64,000 nt of DNA, from NCBI RefSeq assembly GCF_006345805.1, contig NC_043009.1, positions 61,442,001-61,506,000 on the forward strand. Direction: 5' to 3'. Origin of the DNA: Octopus sinensis (taxonomy: Eukaryota). The stretch's first letter is position 1. Each line of letters opens with the position of its first letter. A program made the translations under genes and the position numbers. The notes below the pieces were generated by a model, which saw nothing but the letters and a program-made list of their open reading frames with translations, did no database searches and was not told the origin of the DNA. Positions 38,881 through 51,900 of the stretch are shown in pieces.

Positions 38881-39765
38881 CTTAAAAAAATTTTTTTTTT
38901 TTTATTAAATTTATCATTTCAGTTATTTTAAGGCAGCAAGCTGATAGAATCGTTCTCATGTTGCACAAAGTACATGGCAGCATTTCTTTTGGCTCTATAC
39001 ATTCTGGGGCCAATTTTGCCTTTCATCCTTTTGCCAAGTGAAGGCATGTGACTTAGTTTGATTCCCAACAGAACATTGTGTCCTTGAGTGAAACACTTTC
39101 CCATTGCTCCAGTTCACTCAGCTAGCAAAAATGGAATGAATCATCACCGTTTAATATCTGCTTTCCGTGTTGGCATGGGTTGAATGGTTTGACTGAGGAC
39201 TGGCAAACCAGGCAGCTGCACCAGGCTCCAATCTAATCTGTCACGGTTTCTACAGCTGGATGCCCTTGCTACTGCCAGCCACTCCAAGAGTGTAGTGGGT
39301 GCTTTTTACGTTCCACCAACACAGGAGCCAGGCAGGCAGTACTGGCATGTGCCTGTATTTCAAAGGGCCGTCCTTGTCACATTTTATGTCACTAAATCTG
39401 CTTTAAGGCTGCACATATCTGTGAAGTGCTCAGCCACATGCACATTAATTTCACAAGCAAGTTATTTCGTTGGTTAGATCAGCTGGAACCCTCATTGTGA
39501 TAAACCAATAAGAGTGTCAGATTTTTGAAATTGCTGGCCTTATGCCAAAATTTGAAACCCTTATTATTGTTACTGCAGAATTAGAAAAATTGCAAAGTGC
39601 CTTTACATTGCATATCCCTTTACAGTCTAAATTCAAATCCCACCAAAGTCACTTCTGTTGTTCATCATTTCAGGGTCAATAATGTACCAGTTAAGTACTG
39701 AATTTGGTCTTACACCCTCCTCCAAAATTTGTTAATTTGTGCTATTAGGAAGCAAACATTACTGT

Positions 39766-39990
39766 TTAACCCTTTTGATACCAACCAGCCTGAAACCGCC
39801 CCTGGCTCTGTAGTACAAACATCTTGTTATCAAAAGTTAATTAAATTCATCTACCAAACCTTAGTCACAGTTTATGTTCCTAACACTAGCTTAATGATAA
39901 CTAGGTTATTTTACTAAATTCTTTGTTATATTCAAAACTAATTGAGAGAAACACAGCATTGCAACAGAAATATGGTAACAAAGGGATTAA
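39766..39990. mobile_element. TTAA-flanked MITE
   Basis: ttaa|ccctttt ... aaaggg(a)ttaa. Confidence 0.7.
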
Positions 39991-40296
39991 AGGCCAGTGG
40001 ATTGGCAGTGTCATTAGGACTTCAGAAACAGTGCCTTGTGGTATCTGTTTCAGTCATTAATGTTCTAAGTTCAATACGCCATTGAGATACTAGGTTCAAT
40101 TTAATTGACTAACTCCACCTATACTAACTCCCCGCCAAATTTCTGGCCTTATGACTGTCATAATCATCATCATCATTCAGTGCAGACTTTTCGATGCTTG
40201 TGCAAGTCTAACAGAATTTTCTAGAGACAGATACCATTTTGATACCAAATCTCGCGTGCACGTTTACAACCATCATGTGATGTCCAGAACATGGGT

Positions 40297-40328
<32 letters not shown>

Positions 40329-40732
40329 CCAAGATGCTGCACATTGGGACTGAACCATAGATCACTTGGTTGGGAAGGAAGCTTCTCAACCACACGGCCA
40401 TGCCTATCATCATCACCATTTAACATCCCCTTTCCATGCTGGCATGAGATGGACAGTTTGACCAGTGTTGGCAAGCAAGAGAGGCTGCACCAGGTTTCAT
40501 TCTGATGTAGCTCTTTCCTGCTATGTTACAAGTGATTATTATTTAATCTGTATCTCCAACATCTAATTCATTACCCTTGGAGCAACAAAAGTAAAGATTA
40601 TAATGGCGCAGTGGCAAGGACAGTGAGTTTGTGTTTCTCATGTGTTCACCTGTGTTCAGTCACTGGTTGTTAGCAACAGCTTTGCTGTTATTTGCTTGCG
40701 GTCTACTACAAAATCTTGCTCAGGCTTCTTGA

Positions 40733-41085
40733 AATAATAATAATAATAATGAAATTATTGTATACAGTGCTCAGGTGCACCACAACTTGTCAGAAAGTGC
40801 ATATAAAGTACATGCAGTAATGTAGAAATGTCTGGAAAGTGAACATGCTTGTGTGTGTATGGAGGGGAGAAAATCAAGTGTAGTGTTGGCGAATCTCAGG
40901 AAGCATGGAAGTCTTGAAGGATGCAGTGCTCCGACAACTAACAGCCGATGCCGGCAGTTTGTTCCACGCTTCAGCAACTCTCAGCGTGAAAAAATGTTTC
41001 CTGAAGTCATGGGAGCTGTGCTGTTTTCTTACTTTGTAAATATGTCCACGGGTGTTAGATGGGTGGAGTTTGAAGAGGTGCTCAT
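40733..41085 (-). mobile_element. CR1/L2-type LINE 3' end with (ATT)n tail
   Basis: Minus strand TRGH..K ... KHFF..RVAEAWN.LP motif; same family as the 53992 copy. Confidence 0.85.
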
Positions 41086-41974
41086 TGTTGTTGTTTGTTT
41101 CCTGACCACCATGTTCAGTGGACTGGAAGATTATTATCTCACTTGGAAATGAGTGGGGGTTAGCAATAGGAAGGGCATTTGGCCATAGACAACACTGCCT
41201 TCAACCAACATATTGTTGTTTGACCTATGCAAGCATGGAAAAGTAGATATTAAAACATTCTTTTACTTGTTTGTCATTTGACTGCGGCCATGCTGGAGCA
41301 CCACCTTTAGTCAAGCATATCGACCCCAGGACTTGCCCAAAGTGCCATGCAGTGGGTCTGAACCCAGAACCATGTGGTTGTTAAGCAAGCTACTTACCAC
41401 ACAGCCATTCCTGCACCTTGAAATATGATTGTGATCATCATCATCATTTAATATCTACTAATGCTAATATTTACTAGCATGGGTTAAACTGTTTGACAGG
41501 AGCTAGTAAGGCAGGGGCCACGCCAGGTCCCATTGTCCATCTTGGCATGGTTTCTATGGTTGGATGCTTTTCCTACTTCATATTTATATATGAATAGAGG
41601 AAGGCACGTATGTCAGGTGTTGAGAGACAAGAGCTTGATAGGAACAGGTGTCTTGCCATATAGGAGGCACATGGCTACCCCAGCTGCAAAAGAGAAGACA
41701 GTGATGATTACCAGTATGTGTGCTCAATACAAGAGAGTGATCATAAGGGGAATGAAGACAGAAGAACAGGTGACAGGAATAAGGACAGGATCAGCTTGCT
41801 TTGCATGAACATGGGATGAGCAACAGGTTTTTCAAGGCACCTCAAGTATGTAGTACAGTATATAGCATCATTCATCTCAGATCATCATCATCTTACACCT
41901 GATTTTCATGCTAGCATGGATTGTATGAGTAGTCCAAGTCAACTTGTGTTTAAAGTTAATTTCCTCCTAGCGGC

Positions 41975-42356
41975 TAACCGGCTTCCATGCCAGTGGCACA
42001 TAAAAGGCACCATTCGAGTGTGGTCGTTACTAGCATCGCCTTACTGGCACTTCTGCCCGTGCTAGTAGGGTGCCAAGAGCACCATCCGAGTGGCTCATTG
42101 GCACCTGTGCCAGCGGCATCTCTAAAAAGATTCGAGCGAGGTCGTTGCCAGTACCGCCTGACTGGCCCCCGTGCCGGTGGCACGTAAAAAGCACCCACTA
42201 CACTCTTAGGGTGGTTGGTGTTAGGAAGGGCACCCAGCTCTAGAAACTCTGCCAGATCAGATTGGAGCCTGGTGCAGCCATTTGGTTTGCCACTCCTCAG
42301 TCAAATTCGTCCAACCCATGCTAGCAGGGAAAGCGGACATTAAATGATGATGATGG
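41975..42356 (+). mobile_element. Family B element
   Basis: Core motif and (GAT)n tail. Confidence 0.8.
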
Positions 42357-42696
42357 TGGGTTATGACTTTTTGTGACACTAACCATCTTACTTTGGAAGA
42401 ATTTTATCATGGCAACAACACACTAGAGAAGTTCTTATGTCTTTGGCATAACTAAAGTCCTTTTAACCCCATATAGTCTTTTGTTTGTTTAGCAATCACT
42501 TTACAAAAGGCATTGGGTGCATTTTAGCACAATGCCAGCACTAAAACTTGATTTGTCCCTTGTATAGCTAAAGTGTTCACCCTGCCCTTCATTATTTCTG
42601 TTTGTTCAAAGTAGTGTGGCCAAAAGGGGGTGAATAGATGGAAGTAATGAGAAGGAGAATTCAAAGTAAGAAGTGTAATACACTATATATTATATA

Positions 42697-43088
42697 CTAG
42701 CAGTATTGCCTGGTGTTGCTCGGGTTTGTTTCGACCCTTTAGAATTTGAATTTTTGAAAAGTAAAAATTTTGCATTATGTAGCTTGTTATTCTCTTTAAG
42801 TGAACATTTTTCTTGTTGAAATACACCGAAAAATGGCGACACAACAGTAAAAAAATCATAAAAAATAGGGATTTTCATAGAAGAAAAAGCACCTTTTTTT
42901 ATGTAAATAATTTTTGGTCTTAACATTGTCCAATTTGAATTTTTTTCTTTTACGGAAGGAAGAGCAAGCCTTTTATCATTCTCACAAATTTGGTCAACTT
43001 GCGCCACAGGGTCTCGGAAGAGATAGTGTTAGTTGAAGGCTACCAAACCTGCCATACACAGACAACTTCAGCTTTATATATAGAGAGA
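42697..43088 (-). mobile_element. Non-autonomous Helitron
   Basis: Minus strand: A|TC start, subterminal cccgagcaacaccagg hairpin, CTAG|T end; highly similar to 44671-45072. Confidence 0.8.
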
Positions 43089-43390
43089 TTATTTAATAAC
43101 AGTTTGGCTCAGCTCCATGCAACTTAGTTTCATGGGCTTGTAGAATGAACCCATCTTATTGGGCGTCTAGAGAAGAGTAAAGGGATGTGAAACAAATTCA
43201 AGATGGTTTCTAGCTACTACATCTCTGTTGGTCAACTCAGTCCACATGGTGTTACTGGTCTGAAAGCGATGTCAACACATGGCTAAGTTGTATGGAGCTG
43301 AGTCAAACTGTTGTTAAATATTATTGTGTAACTTCTATCAGATGTGTTAAGTGCTACGTTCTTTCATGTTGCCAAGATTTCAATTGAAAA

Positions 43391-43747
43391 TCTAGAAAAA
43401 TTAAAGTTTGTCTGTGTGTGTCCTTTATACAAATCCACAATTTTTCAGTTAGAGGGCTCGCACTTTCTATGGTCATTCAAAACCGTCCAAGAGTGGTCGT
43501 GCACATCTTTACATTTCCCCAGTCACCCCGCAAAGCCATTAAAAAAATCAATAGAAGTGACTTTTTTTTTTATTTTCTATCCAAAACCCAATCAAAATGC
43601 TCGAAACTTGATACGCCAATTGAATGCCAGCAAGCTGTATGTGATTGGTCGGAGATTTGGACAGTATTAGCATGTATGTGCACATGCATGCAGCTGTATA
43701 TGCATGCACTAGCACTATGACCCGGCGTTGCCAGGTCATAGTGCTAG
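43391..43747 (+). mobile_element. Non-autonomous Helitron-like element, second family
   Basis: A|TC start and CTAG|T end; terminal 15-bp perfect hairpin. Confidence 0.65.
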
Positions 43748-44670
43748 TTCAACCAATTCTGTCCATTTTCTCCTGTGTTGATATGCTGCATAATGGAAGA
43801 GGGCTCTTGTGTCTTTTCATAATGTTGTGATAATGTGTTATTCGTTATATATTAACAATTAGCAAGCAGATAGGCAGTGGTATTATTGATGTAGAGCCTC
43901 TTTTGGTTAAGGTTGACCATATATGTGCAGTTTGAGACAAGGTTTTTTTTCTACAAAGGCTAGCACTTGCCCATGCTTGTGAGTCTCCCCACTCTCCACA
44001 CTATAAAATGTTTTTTTATCAAGTGAAAGGTCCTTAATTTGGATTTGTACAGCCTGGCATCAGTGTCTTCATGCATTGCTATCAGGACACGAAATACCCA
44101 AGACAGGTATTGCAAGGCTTCTCGCTTGGCCCTCAGATAGTTTTACCAATCCACCGTCCTGGTTGATACATTTTTGTGTGACCTTGAAAGGATGAAAAGC
44201 AAAAGTTGACTTTAGCAGGATTTGAACTCAGAGCGTACATTTGACCCAATTCTAACAACTCTACCAGTTTGCCACTTTTGCTGTTGTTGTTGTTGTGCTA
44301 GTGTGATATTTATTATGTATAAGTGCTGGTGAGGCTGTGTGGTAAGGAGCTTGCTTCTGAACCACATAATTTCAGGTTCAATCCCATGATGGTATGGCAC
44401 CTTGAACAGGTGTCTTCTACTATAACCCCAGGCCAACCAAAACCTTGTAAGTGGATATGGTAGGTGAAAACTAAAAGAAGCCTGTCGTGTGTGTATGTGT
44501 TATATTATGTTGCTTGGAAACAGGTGAGGGTTGATAGGAAAAGCACCTGCCCATAGAAAAGTGGGCAGTATAAAACAACAATGATGATCATGATAACAGT
44601 TAGCAAACAGATATTGTTATATATCATGTATTAGCAATTAGCAGATGGCTGGTGTTTTGTTTCCTATATA

Positions 44671-45072
44671 CTAGCAGTATAGCCCAGCGTTGCTCGGGTT
44701 TGTTTTCTTTTCGACCCTTTAAAATTGGAATTTTTGAAAAGTAAAAATTTTGCATTATGTAACTTGTTATTCTCTTTAAGTGAACATTTTTCTGGTTGAA
44801 ATACACCGAAAAATAGTGACAGAGCAGTCAAAAAATCATTTTAAAAAATAGGGATTTTCATAGAAAAAAAGCACCTTTTTGATGTAAATAATTTTTTGTG
44901 TTAACATGGTCCGATTTGAATTTTTTCTTCTACGGAATGAAGATTAGCCTTCTTCTATCATACTCTCAATTTTGGTCAACTTGCGCCACAGGGTCTCAGG
45001 GGAGATACTGTTAGTTGAAGGCTACCAAACCTGCTACATACACACAGACAACTTCAGCTTAATATATATAGA
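44671..45072 (-). mobile_element. Non-autonomous Helitron
   Basis: A|TC ... cccgagcaacgctggg hairpin ... CTAG|T. Confidence 0.8.
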
Positions 45073-45185
45073 TTAACAGCAAGCGAGCAGGCAGTGTTGT
45101 TGTGATGGGGTGTTGTTATATATTTACAGCTAGCAGACAGATACGCAGTGTTATTATGATGATGTTATTTATTATATATTAACAG

Positions 45186-45265
45186 CTAACAGTCAGACGG
45201 GCAGTGAAGATGATGATCCAGATGATTATGATTACCAACCAGAAAATGAAGAAGATTGGAAAAAG
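45186..45265 (+). CDS. MIER1: MIER1-like exon 5 (SNSQTGSEDDDPDDYDYQPENEEDWKK)
   Basis: ttaacag| ... AAG|gtaaat; 80 nt, phase 1 to 0; EDWKK motif preceding ELM2. Confidence 0.93.
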
Positions 45266-45459
45266 GTAAATATTCTTCAAGATTTGGTCATTCTGTCATT
45301 GGAGTGTCAGAAACAGATTTGTATTGTGTATAGTGTGGTTCAAATTCCATGAAGGCTGACTTTGCTGTTCATCCTTCGAATTGTGTACTAAAGACAACTA
45401 TAACCTATTCCGTTACAAACTTAGCTAATGTGACATCTTTTCTTTGTATGCGCAGCACG

Positions 45460-45760
45460 TAAAAAGTACCATCCGAACGTGGCTGATGCCAGTGCCGACT
45501 GACTGGCGTCTGTGTTGGTGACACGTAAAAACCACCAACCAATCCTGGCCGTTTGCCAGCCTCTCCTGGCGCCTGTGCCGGTGGCACATAAAAAGCACCC
45601 ACTACACTCACGGAGTGGTTGGCGTTAGGAAGGGCATTCAGCTGTAGAAACACTGCCAGATCAGACTGGAGCCTAGTGCAGTCTCCTGGCTTCCCTGACC
45701 CCGGTTGAACCGTCCAACCCATGCTAGCATGGAAAACGGACGTTAAACGATGATGATGAA
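45460..45760 (+). mobile_element. Family B element
   Basis: Young-looking copy (CpGs retained) with (GAT)n tail. Confidence 0.8.
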
Positions 45761-46532
45761 GACGATTCTTTGTTTAAAATAGTGGACCACTGATGATATG
45801 ATCAGTGGTTCAAATCTGAAGCCAATGTATTTTTTAACCAGTCAGGCAAGCTGCTTCATCTTGCTTGGCTGGTTAGAAATTAGTTCTATACCTACTTCAA
45901 CAAATTAGTTGCATTGTTGATAGAAAGATCATTGTTAATCAGCTGTGTGTTTAATTACTAAATTGTCCCATTGTATAATTTCTCGGGAATTTGTAATAGG
46001 TATAAGACTAGTGATGAGAGGGAACTTGCTGTAGTTTATCAGTTTGTTGCTGAGAATGGTAAGACATTTTGCCCAAGGTGTCATGCAATAGAATCAGAAC
46101 CACAACCTCATGATTGCAAAACAAACTTCTTGACCACTCGGTCATTCCTGCACCCATTATAAGCATTGCTATATTTTTCCGGCATAAAAGTCGGCTGATG
46201 CTGCTGTCACATAAAACGCACTTGGTACACTCTGTAAAGTGGTTGGTGTTAGGAAGGGCATCCACTTGTAGAAACCATTCCAAAGCAGACAATGGAACCT
46301 GGTGCGGTTCTCCAGCTTGTCTAATTCCTGTCAAACCAACCAGTCCATGGCAACATGGAGAACCAACGTTAAATGACAATGATTCAAACATCATTGCTAT
46401 TGCTTCAAATCCTGCTACATTTCCCGTGGAATTTTTTGGTCTTCCAAAGTTGTTTTAGTGTATAAGTCAAACTGTCACGTTTGGCTGTAAATTTTGTTTT
46501 GAAAAAATTCAACTTGTGTGCCCCAAAATGCA

Positions 46533-46744
46533 TTAACCCTTTAGCATTTAAACTGACCCAAATATTCTACCTCTGTTATGTTCATTCCATGCAGAGTCAA
46601 CCTCTAGCACCTAGCTAGCAATGTCATTCTAAAAATAAACAATCACATCATTGAAATCTCAAGGCCTGGAGGCAATGCATAATTGATTCCAAACAATGTA
46701 AATAAATATTACATTTGAGAGTCATCTGAATGCTAAAGGGTTAA
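46533..46744. mobile_element. TTAA-flanked MITE
   Basis: ttaa|ccctttagcatt ... aatgctaaaggg|ttaa. Confidence 0.8.
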
Positions 46745-46759
46745 GTATGTATTTTGATA

Positions 46760-47415
46760 TGCTGGGTGTCCCAAACAAACCCATCACTGATGGGTTTCAG
46801 TTTTTAATAACTTCCTTAAGTTCTTTTGATACAATATAAAGGACATAATGGAAATTAACATGCACAAGTCAAATTTTGCAACACCACTACATCAAATAGG
46901 AAAAATGACATCGCTTAAATGGCAACCATTCTTGGCTTCGCAAGCCTGTGCTCTTTCCAAAACTTGCAGCATAACACCCTCAAGAGTTTCAGACCCAACT
47001 TCTCTGATTTCTCTGTTGATGCTCTCCTTCAGTTGCACCAGGGTCTCCAGTTTGTTGGCGTAAACCCTCTCTTTCGGGTATCCATGACTGAGACCTTTTT
47101 GTGCCCAGCCATTCAAAGTAGACCTCACACATGGTTCCAGCAAGATGGGGCAACTGCTTACACCACAAGAGAAACAATGCAGTTGCTACAGCAGTGCTTT
47201 GGAGAGAGAATAATCTCCTGCTACAGCAATGCCAACTGGCCTTCACATTCCCAAGACTTGACTAGCCCGGATTTTTTCTTGTGGGGGAACCTGAAAGAAA
47301 GGGTTTGTGTTAGCAAACCGGAGACACTGGTGCAACTGAAGAACATCGGTAGAGAAATCAGAAGTGGGGCCTGAAACTCTTGAGGGTGTTACAGTGCAAG
47401 CTTTGGAAAGATGAG
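46760..47415. mobile_element. Rearranged Tc1/mariner transposase remnant, with the C-terminus present in both orientations
   Basis: + strand WFQQDGATAYT...WPSHSQDLTSPDFFLWGNLKERV; - strand KERVYANKLETLVQLKESI...CEAKNGCHLSDVIF* followed by a GGGACACCCAG end. Confidence 0.88.
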
Positions 47416-47766
47416 GATATGGGAAAAGTAGAGATATTAAACAGTGATCAGATGGAGGCTGTTGGGATTTCAACCCTTTTGTTAGCATATATAATCCTGA
47501 AATTTACTCTTTGTTTCAGTTAATTCTGAAAATAATTAAGAATTTATAAAAATAACTCTGTTCTTATTAAGCTGTTGTTTTGGAATATAAATGGACATGA
47601 AATTATTATAGAAGGTTTTTAATTTAGACCACTTTGAAACAGGGAATCGGTGTTTTGGGCAGGTTGGTATCAAAAGGTTGAAACAATGGGGAGATGAAGG
47701 CTGTGGAGGTTTTAAACATCATCATCCTCATGGTATTCTCAAAATCTTTTACCTTACCTCTTTCAG

Positions 47767-47836
47767 GTTATTCAAGTTGGTCACGACTATCAGGCTCAAG
47801 TACCTGAAGGACTTAGTACGTATGGTGATGCACCAG
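47767..47836 (+). CDS. MIER1: MIER1-like exon 6, ELM2 start (VIQVGHDYQAQVPEGLSTYGDAP)
   Basis: ctttcag| ... CAG|gtaagt; 70 nt, phase 0 to 1; ELM2 IxVGxxYQAxxP motif. Confidence 0.95.
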
Positions 47837-49749
47837 GTAAGTTACTTAGCAAACCACCACCATTCCATATTGTTAGACAACTTGCATTGTTGGTAGGATG
47901 GTGTTAGAGGAAGAAAAAACCAGGATTTTCTTTTGTTGTGTCATGAACTTCCAGCTAGTTCACAAACTAGGTTCAACAACTGACTATAGCCATAACTTGG
48001 AAATGGGGAACAGTACTGAAGGTAAGCTCTATGCAGGGTGTTCAACTATCAAGAAGACAATAGTTGAGTTTAGGGTATAAATTAATTTCACTGTATCTGG
48101 GTATCTCAACAGTGGAAAGTATATAATAATTAAAAAGAATTCATATAGATGTTCACGTGGAGTTCTAGTGTAATGTAATGAATAAGATTGTTCTGCAGAA
48201 CATTTTATGGTCATTAAATATTTGGCTCTGTCAAACTGAGCTAGGTTGATTAGTTGAGTCAGTTTCATAAATAATGTCTTTCTCTCTTTCTCCAATGAGG
48301 TGTGTTTTCATTACTATGGTTTCAAATTTTGCTACAAGGGAAACCATTTTGGGGGAGGGGATAAGTTGATTACATCAACCTCGGTGTTTCACTGGTACTT
48401 AATTTATCAACCTCAAAAGGATGAAAGGCAAAGTTGACCTCGGTAGAATTTGAACTCAGAAGATAGCGACAGATGAAATGCCGCTAAGCATTTTGCCTGG
48501 TATGCTAACGATTCTTCCAGCTCGCCACCTTTCGTTTTCGTTACTATGGCAATCCAAAATATTTTGTTTGTGCAAAATAGCGCACAAAACTACTCTTAGA
48601 TTTATACAGACTTGGCTGTAACTAAGTTTTGTGGATGAGTTCATAGACAGATTTCACATATTACTTACCACCTAATCAAAAGTCACCTGTCTATTCAACA
48701 GAGCCCTGTTACAAACTCATTCCAGCTTTTTAATGCATAACACTTCTACAGCCAAACATGTATTTCTCAATTCATTCAAAGACAGTCTGTAGCAGCAAAA
48801 CAGTTGCCGTCTTATGCTGAAAGCCTTCAATGGGCTCCGCTATTGGCACATTTCCAGCTCACAAAACATGAATCAGTAAACACTGCCCTTTTCTGAAGCG
48901 AACAGAAAATAGAGCAGCCTTGGCTGACATTCCAAGTTCAAACTTCTGCTATGATGACTAACCTAAAAAGGAAACCAGAAGCAGTGATGCATATACAACT
49001 AATTTTCCTACTTGTAGGAAAGAAAAGAAAATGTATTGTCATAGATAATGACTAACCAGTGTGTATTTACTAGATATATATATATATAGAGAGAGAGATA
49101 GATGTTATGTTGAGAGGTCACACATGTGTGCCACTGCTAACATGTAATTCGGTACAGCCTGTTACAAGATCAGGTCACTGGTCACTAAACTAGTACCTAC
49201 CGACAAGGCCAGCCTGGTGAGAAGGGTCACTAGAAACCCAGTAGGACAGAAGCAAGACCTGTCAAAAGGTCATATGAACTCAGCACAGAATCGACAGCTA
49301 TGTGTCATTAGTGTGCAAAAACACAAATACTAGAGTCTGAGTATGCAGTAAGGCACATGACTGCTATTCGTAAACCTCTAAGAGTCGAACAGTTTTCACC
49401 AGGTTGTGAGTGCTTAGGTTAGTTGAAAACTAAGGGAAACAAGCCTAACAGAAATATAGGAGTGGTGCTCCCCTACCTCACTCCCAAAGGCATTGTCTTG
49501 TCAGACCACTCTGCTGAGTTTTTGGTAGTTCCTGCATTGTCTTTTCTCCAAAAGTTCTGCCTATGTTTTGACACCTGAATGTGGATCAGGGTAAGAGTGT
49601 GTGGTTGATTAGGCACAAATTCTTCTCATTTACAACTCGATTTGCAGTTTGTGACTTTAGGCCCTAGGGACCACAAACAGGATTTTCATTGCTGCTGGCA
49701 TAACTAATTAACTACTGACATTCTGTCGGTTAGGACAAACAAGGGTTCC

Positions 49750-50037
49750 AGTTGATCCGATCAGTGGAACAGCCTGCTCGTGAAATTAATCTGCAGGTGG
49801 CTGAGCACTCCACAGACATCTGTAACCTTAACATAGTTCTCAGGGAGATTCAGTGTGACACAGAATGTGACAAGGCTGGCCCTTTGAAATACAGGCAGAA
49901 CTCATTTTTGCCAGTTGAGTCGACCAGAGCAGCATGAAATACAGTGACTTATTCAAGGACACAACACCACCAGGAGTCAAACTCATGACCTTACAATTGT
50001 GGGCCAAATACCCCAACCACTGAGCTATGCACCTGGG
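49750..50037 (-). mobile_element. tRNA-headed SINE family D
   Basis: Reverse ggtgcatagctcagtggt (A box), gagtttgactcc (B box), gtgtccttgaataag; related fragments near 22480-22660 and 39040-39150. Confidence 0.7.
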
Positions 50038-50196
50038 TATCGTACATGTCTAAAATAATAAATTACCACTGTGTTTGCAGAAGATAGTGGAACCCCTGCA
50101 GTATATGTTGAATTTTTTTCTTTTTGTTTTTTTATCCTTATCTACTGATAAAAGGGTTTGTAACAATGTATGTCCTAATTTTTGGTTTATTCACAG

Positions 50197-50253
50197 CATA
50201 TGAAAATGAGGACCGATTATTATGGGACCCCACCAAATTAGAAGATAGTGAAG
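50197..50253 (+). CDS. MIER1: MIER1-like exon 7, ELM2 (AYENEDRLLWDPTKLEDSE)
   Basis: tcacag| ... AAG|gtcagt; 57 nt, phase 1 to 1; YENxDxLLWDP motif. Confidence 0.95.
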
Positions 50254-51465
50254 GTCAGTCAGATTTCCATTTATCACAGAACTGTGTGTGTGTCTGTATA
50301 TTCACAAGTGTTTGTGTGTTCAGAAGTATTTAGGTGACAGCTTTACTTTAATAGATACAGTACTAAAAATACAAGTGTACATTAGAGGTTTTCTTTTCCA
50401 TTTATTTTCATGGCTAGCTGCTGAATACTGCTCTTAGTTATGTGTTGCCTGGGATTGCTAGTCATTTGACTGCTTTTAATATCATAATTTTACGTGGCAT
50501 TCAGATTGTATCATTCACATATATGTATCAGCAAAGAAAAAATTATTTTTGATATTTCAATAATCCCTTGGGAAATTTTGAATAGTTGAAATTGATTATT
50601 ATTCAATTTCTGCTAAGATTGATATTGCTTTTCCTCCCTCTGGGATCAATAAAATACTTGCCAGTCAAGTAAACCCCTTCCTCTAAAACGTCTATGTTTG
50701 TACATAGGTTAGGATCATCATCATTTAGCATCCATTGTCCATGCTGACATGGATTAGACAAGGGCTGACACTCTGGAAGTCTGTACCAGACTCCAGTCTG
50801 ATTTAGCATGGTTTTCTATGGCTGGATGCCCTTCTTAATGCCAACCACTCCAAGAGTATAATGGGTGCTTTTATGTGATGCTGGCATGGGTGACATTTGC
50901 ATGACACCAGTGTCTGCCACAGCTGCAGTTTTGCTCAGTTTGATGGGTCTTCTTCTCAAGCACACCATAATGCCAATTGTCTTGGTCATTGCCTCCGTGA
51001 GTGCTCGACACTCAAAAGGAACTCAGCCACTTTGCCTCCGTGAGGCCCAACACTCTATTATTATTTCCAATGTTGACTGTCAGAATCAATATATTGCTAG
51101 ACTAAATACCTGACGGTATTTAGGGTTCTTTTAATGGCTTAGTCAGAATAGGAAGGGCTTCACCTGTGACCATTTACAGGACTTCTGTGGCTAGGAGGGA
51201 ATAGGTTATCTTCATGCCTCAAACTGCTCAAGACACTCAATTAAAGAGTTGCCGATTGTCTTTAATTTTTATCAAATTAAAATAAGAATTGTTTCTTTAT
51301 GTTTTGAATTTATATTTCACTGAAGTTGACTTTACAGTCCTTTCAAGCGTTGATGTCAATTCAGTCACATGTAAATTAGTTGGATCAATGCTATAAGTTA
51401 CTGCTAGTATGAATGTAATCTTCTATGCCATCTCCCTCCAAATAAATATGTGGCATTGTACAATG

Positions 51466-51900
51466 TAGGGGGGCTCCGAAAGGGGTCTCAGGGAGAACCG
51501 TCCCTGCCTTCCTGAGCTAGTTTTTTACTACTTTTCTTAAAAGTTGTAGTAGAGGCTTTGGTCTTGGGACCACTCATGTCTAGAAGCTGAGGTTGAGGTA
51601 AGCAAGGGCATGCTCCTCGTCGAACATCCAGCTCCAAGATAGCCTCATGATAGCAAAGGAGAATGGGCACCAGCCAACCTGAAGGTTGGGGTAGGCTGCA
51701 CCTGAAAAAGTAGGATGCCCAAAACCAGGTGAGATGGTGTGAGGGCGGTTGCTATAGCATTGAGGTAAATCCAGCCACCTCCATTAATGGGGACAAAACC
51801 CAGATTTAAAACACTGGATGATGTAGTAGTGGAGCTGGATTGATCAAATGCTGAGCTGGGTTTGAACCCTACCACCTTGTTAGATAGAAACTGAAAGAAG
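51466..51900. mobile_element. GC-rich repeat fragment, possibly a LINE 5' region
   Basis: Composition contrast only; no protein motif recognised. Confidence 0.3.

Noticed and set aside
48600-49700. Possible very old retroelement remnants
   Set aside because: No motif long enough to assign.
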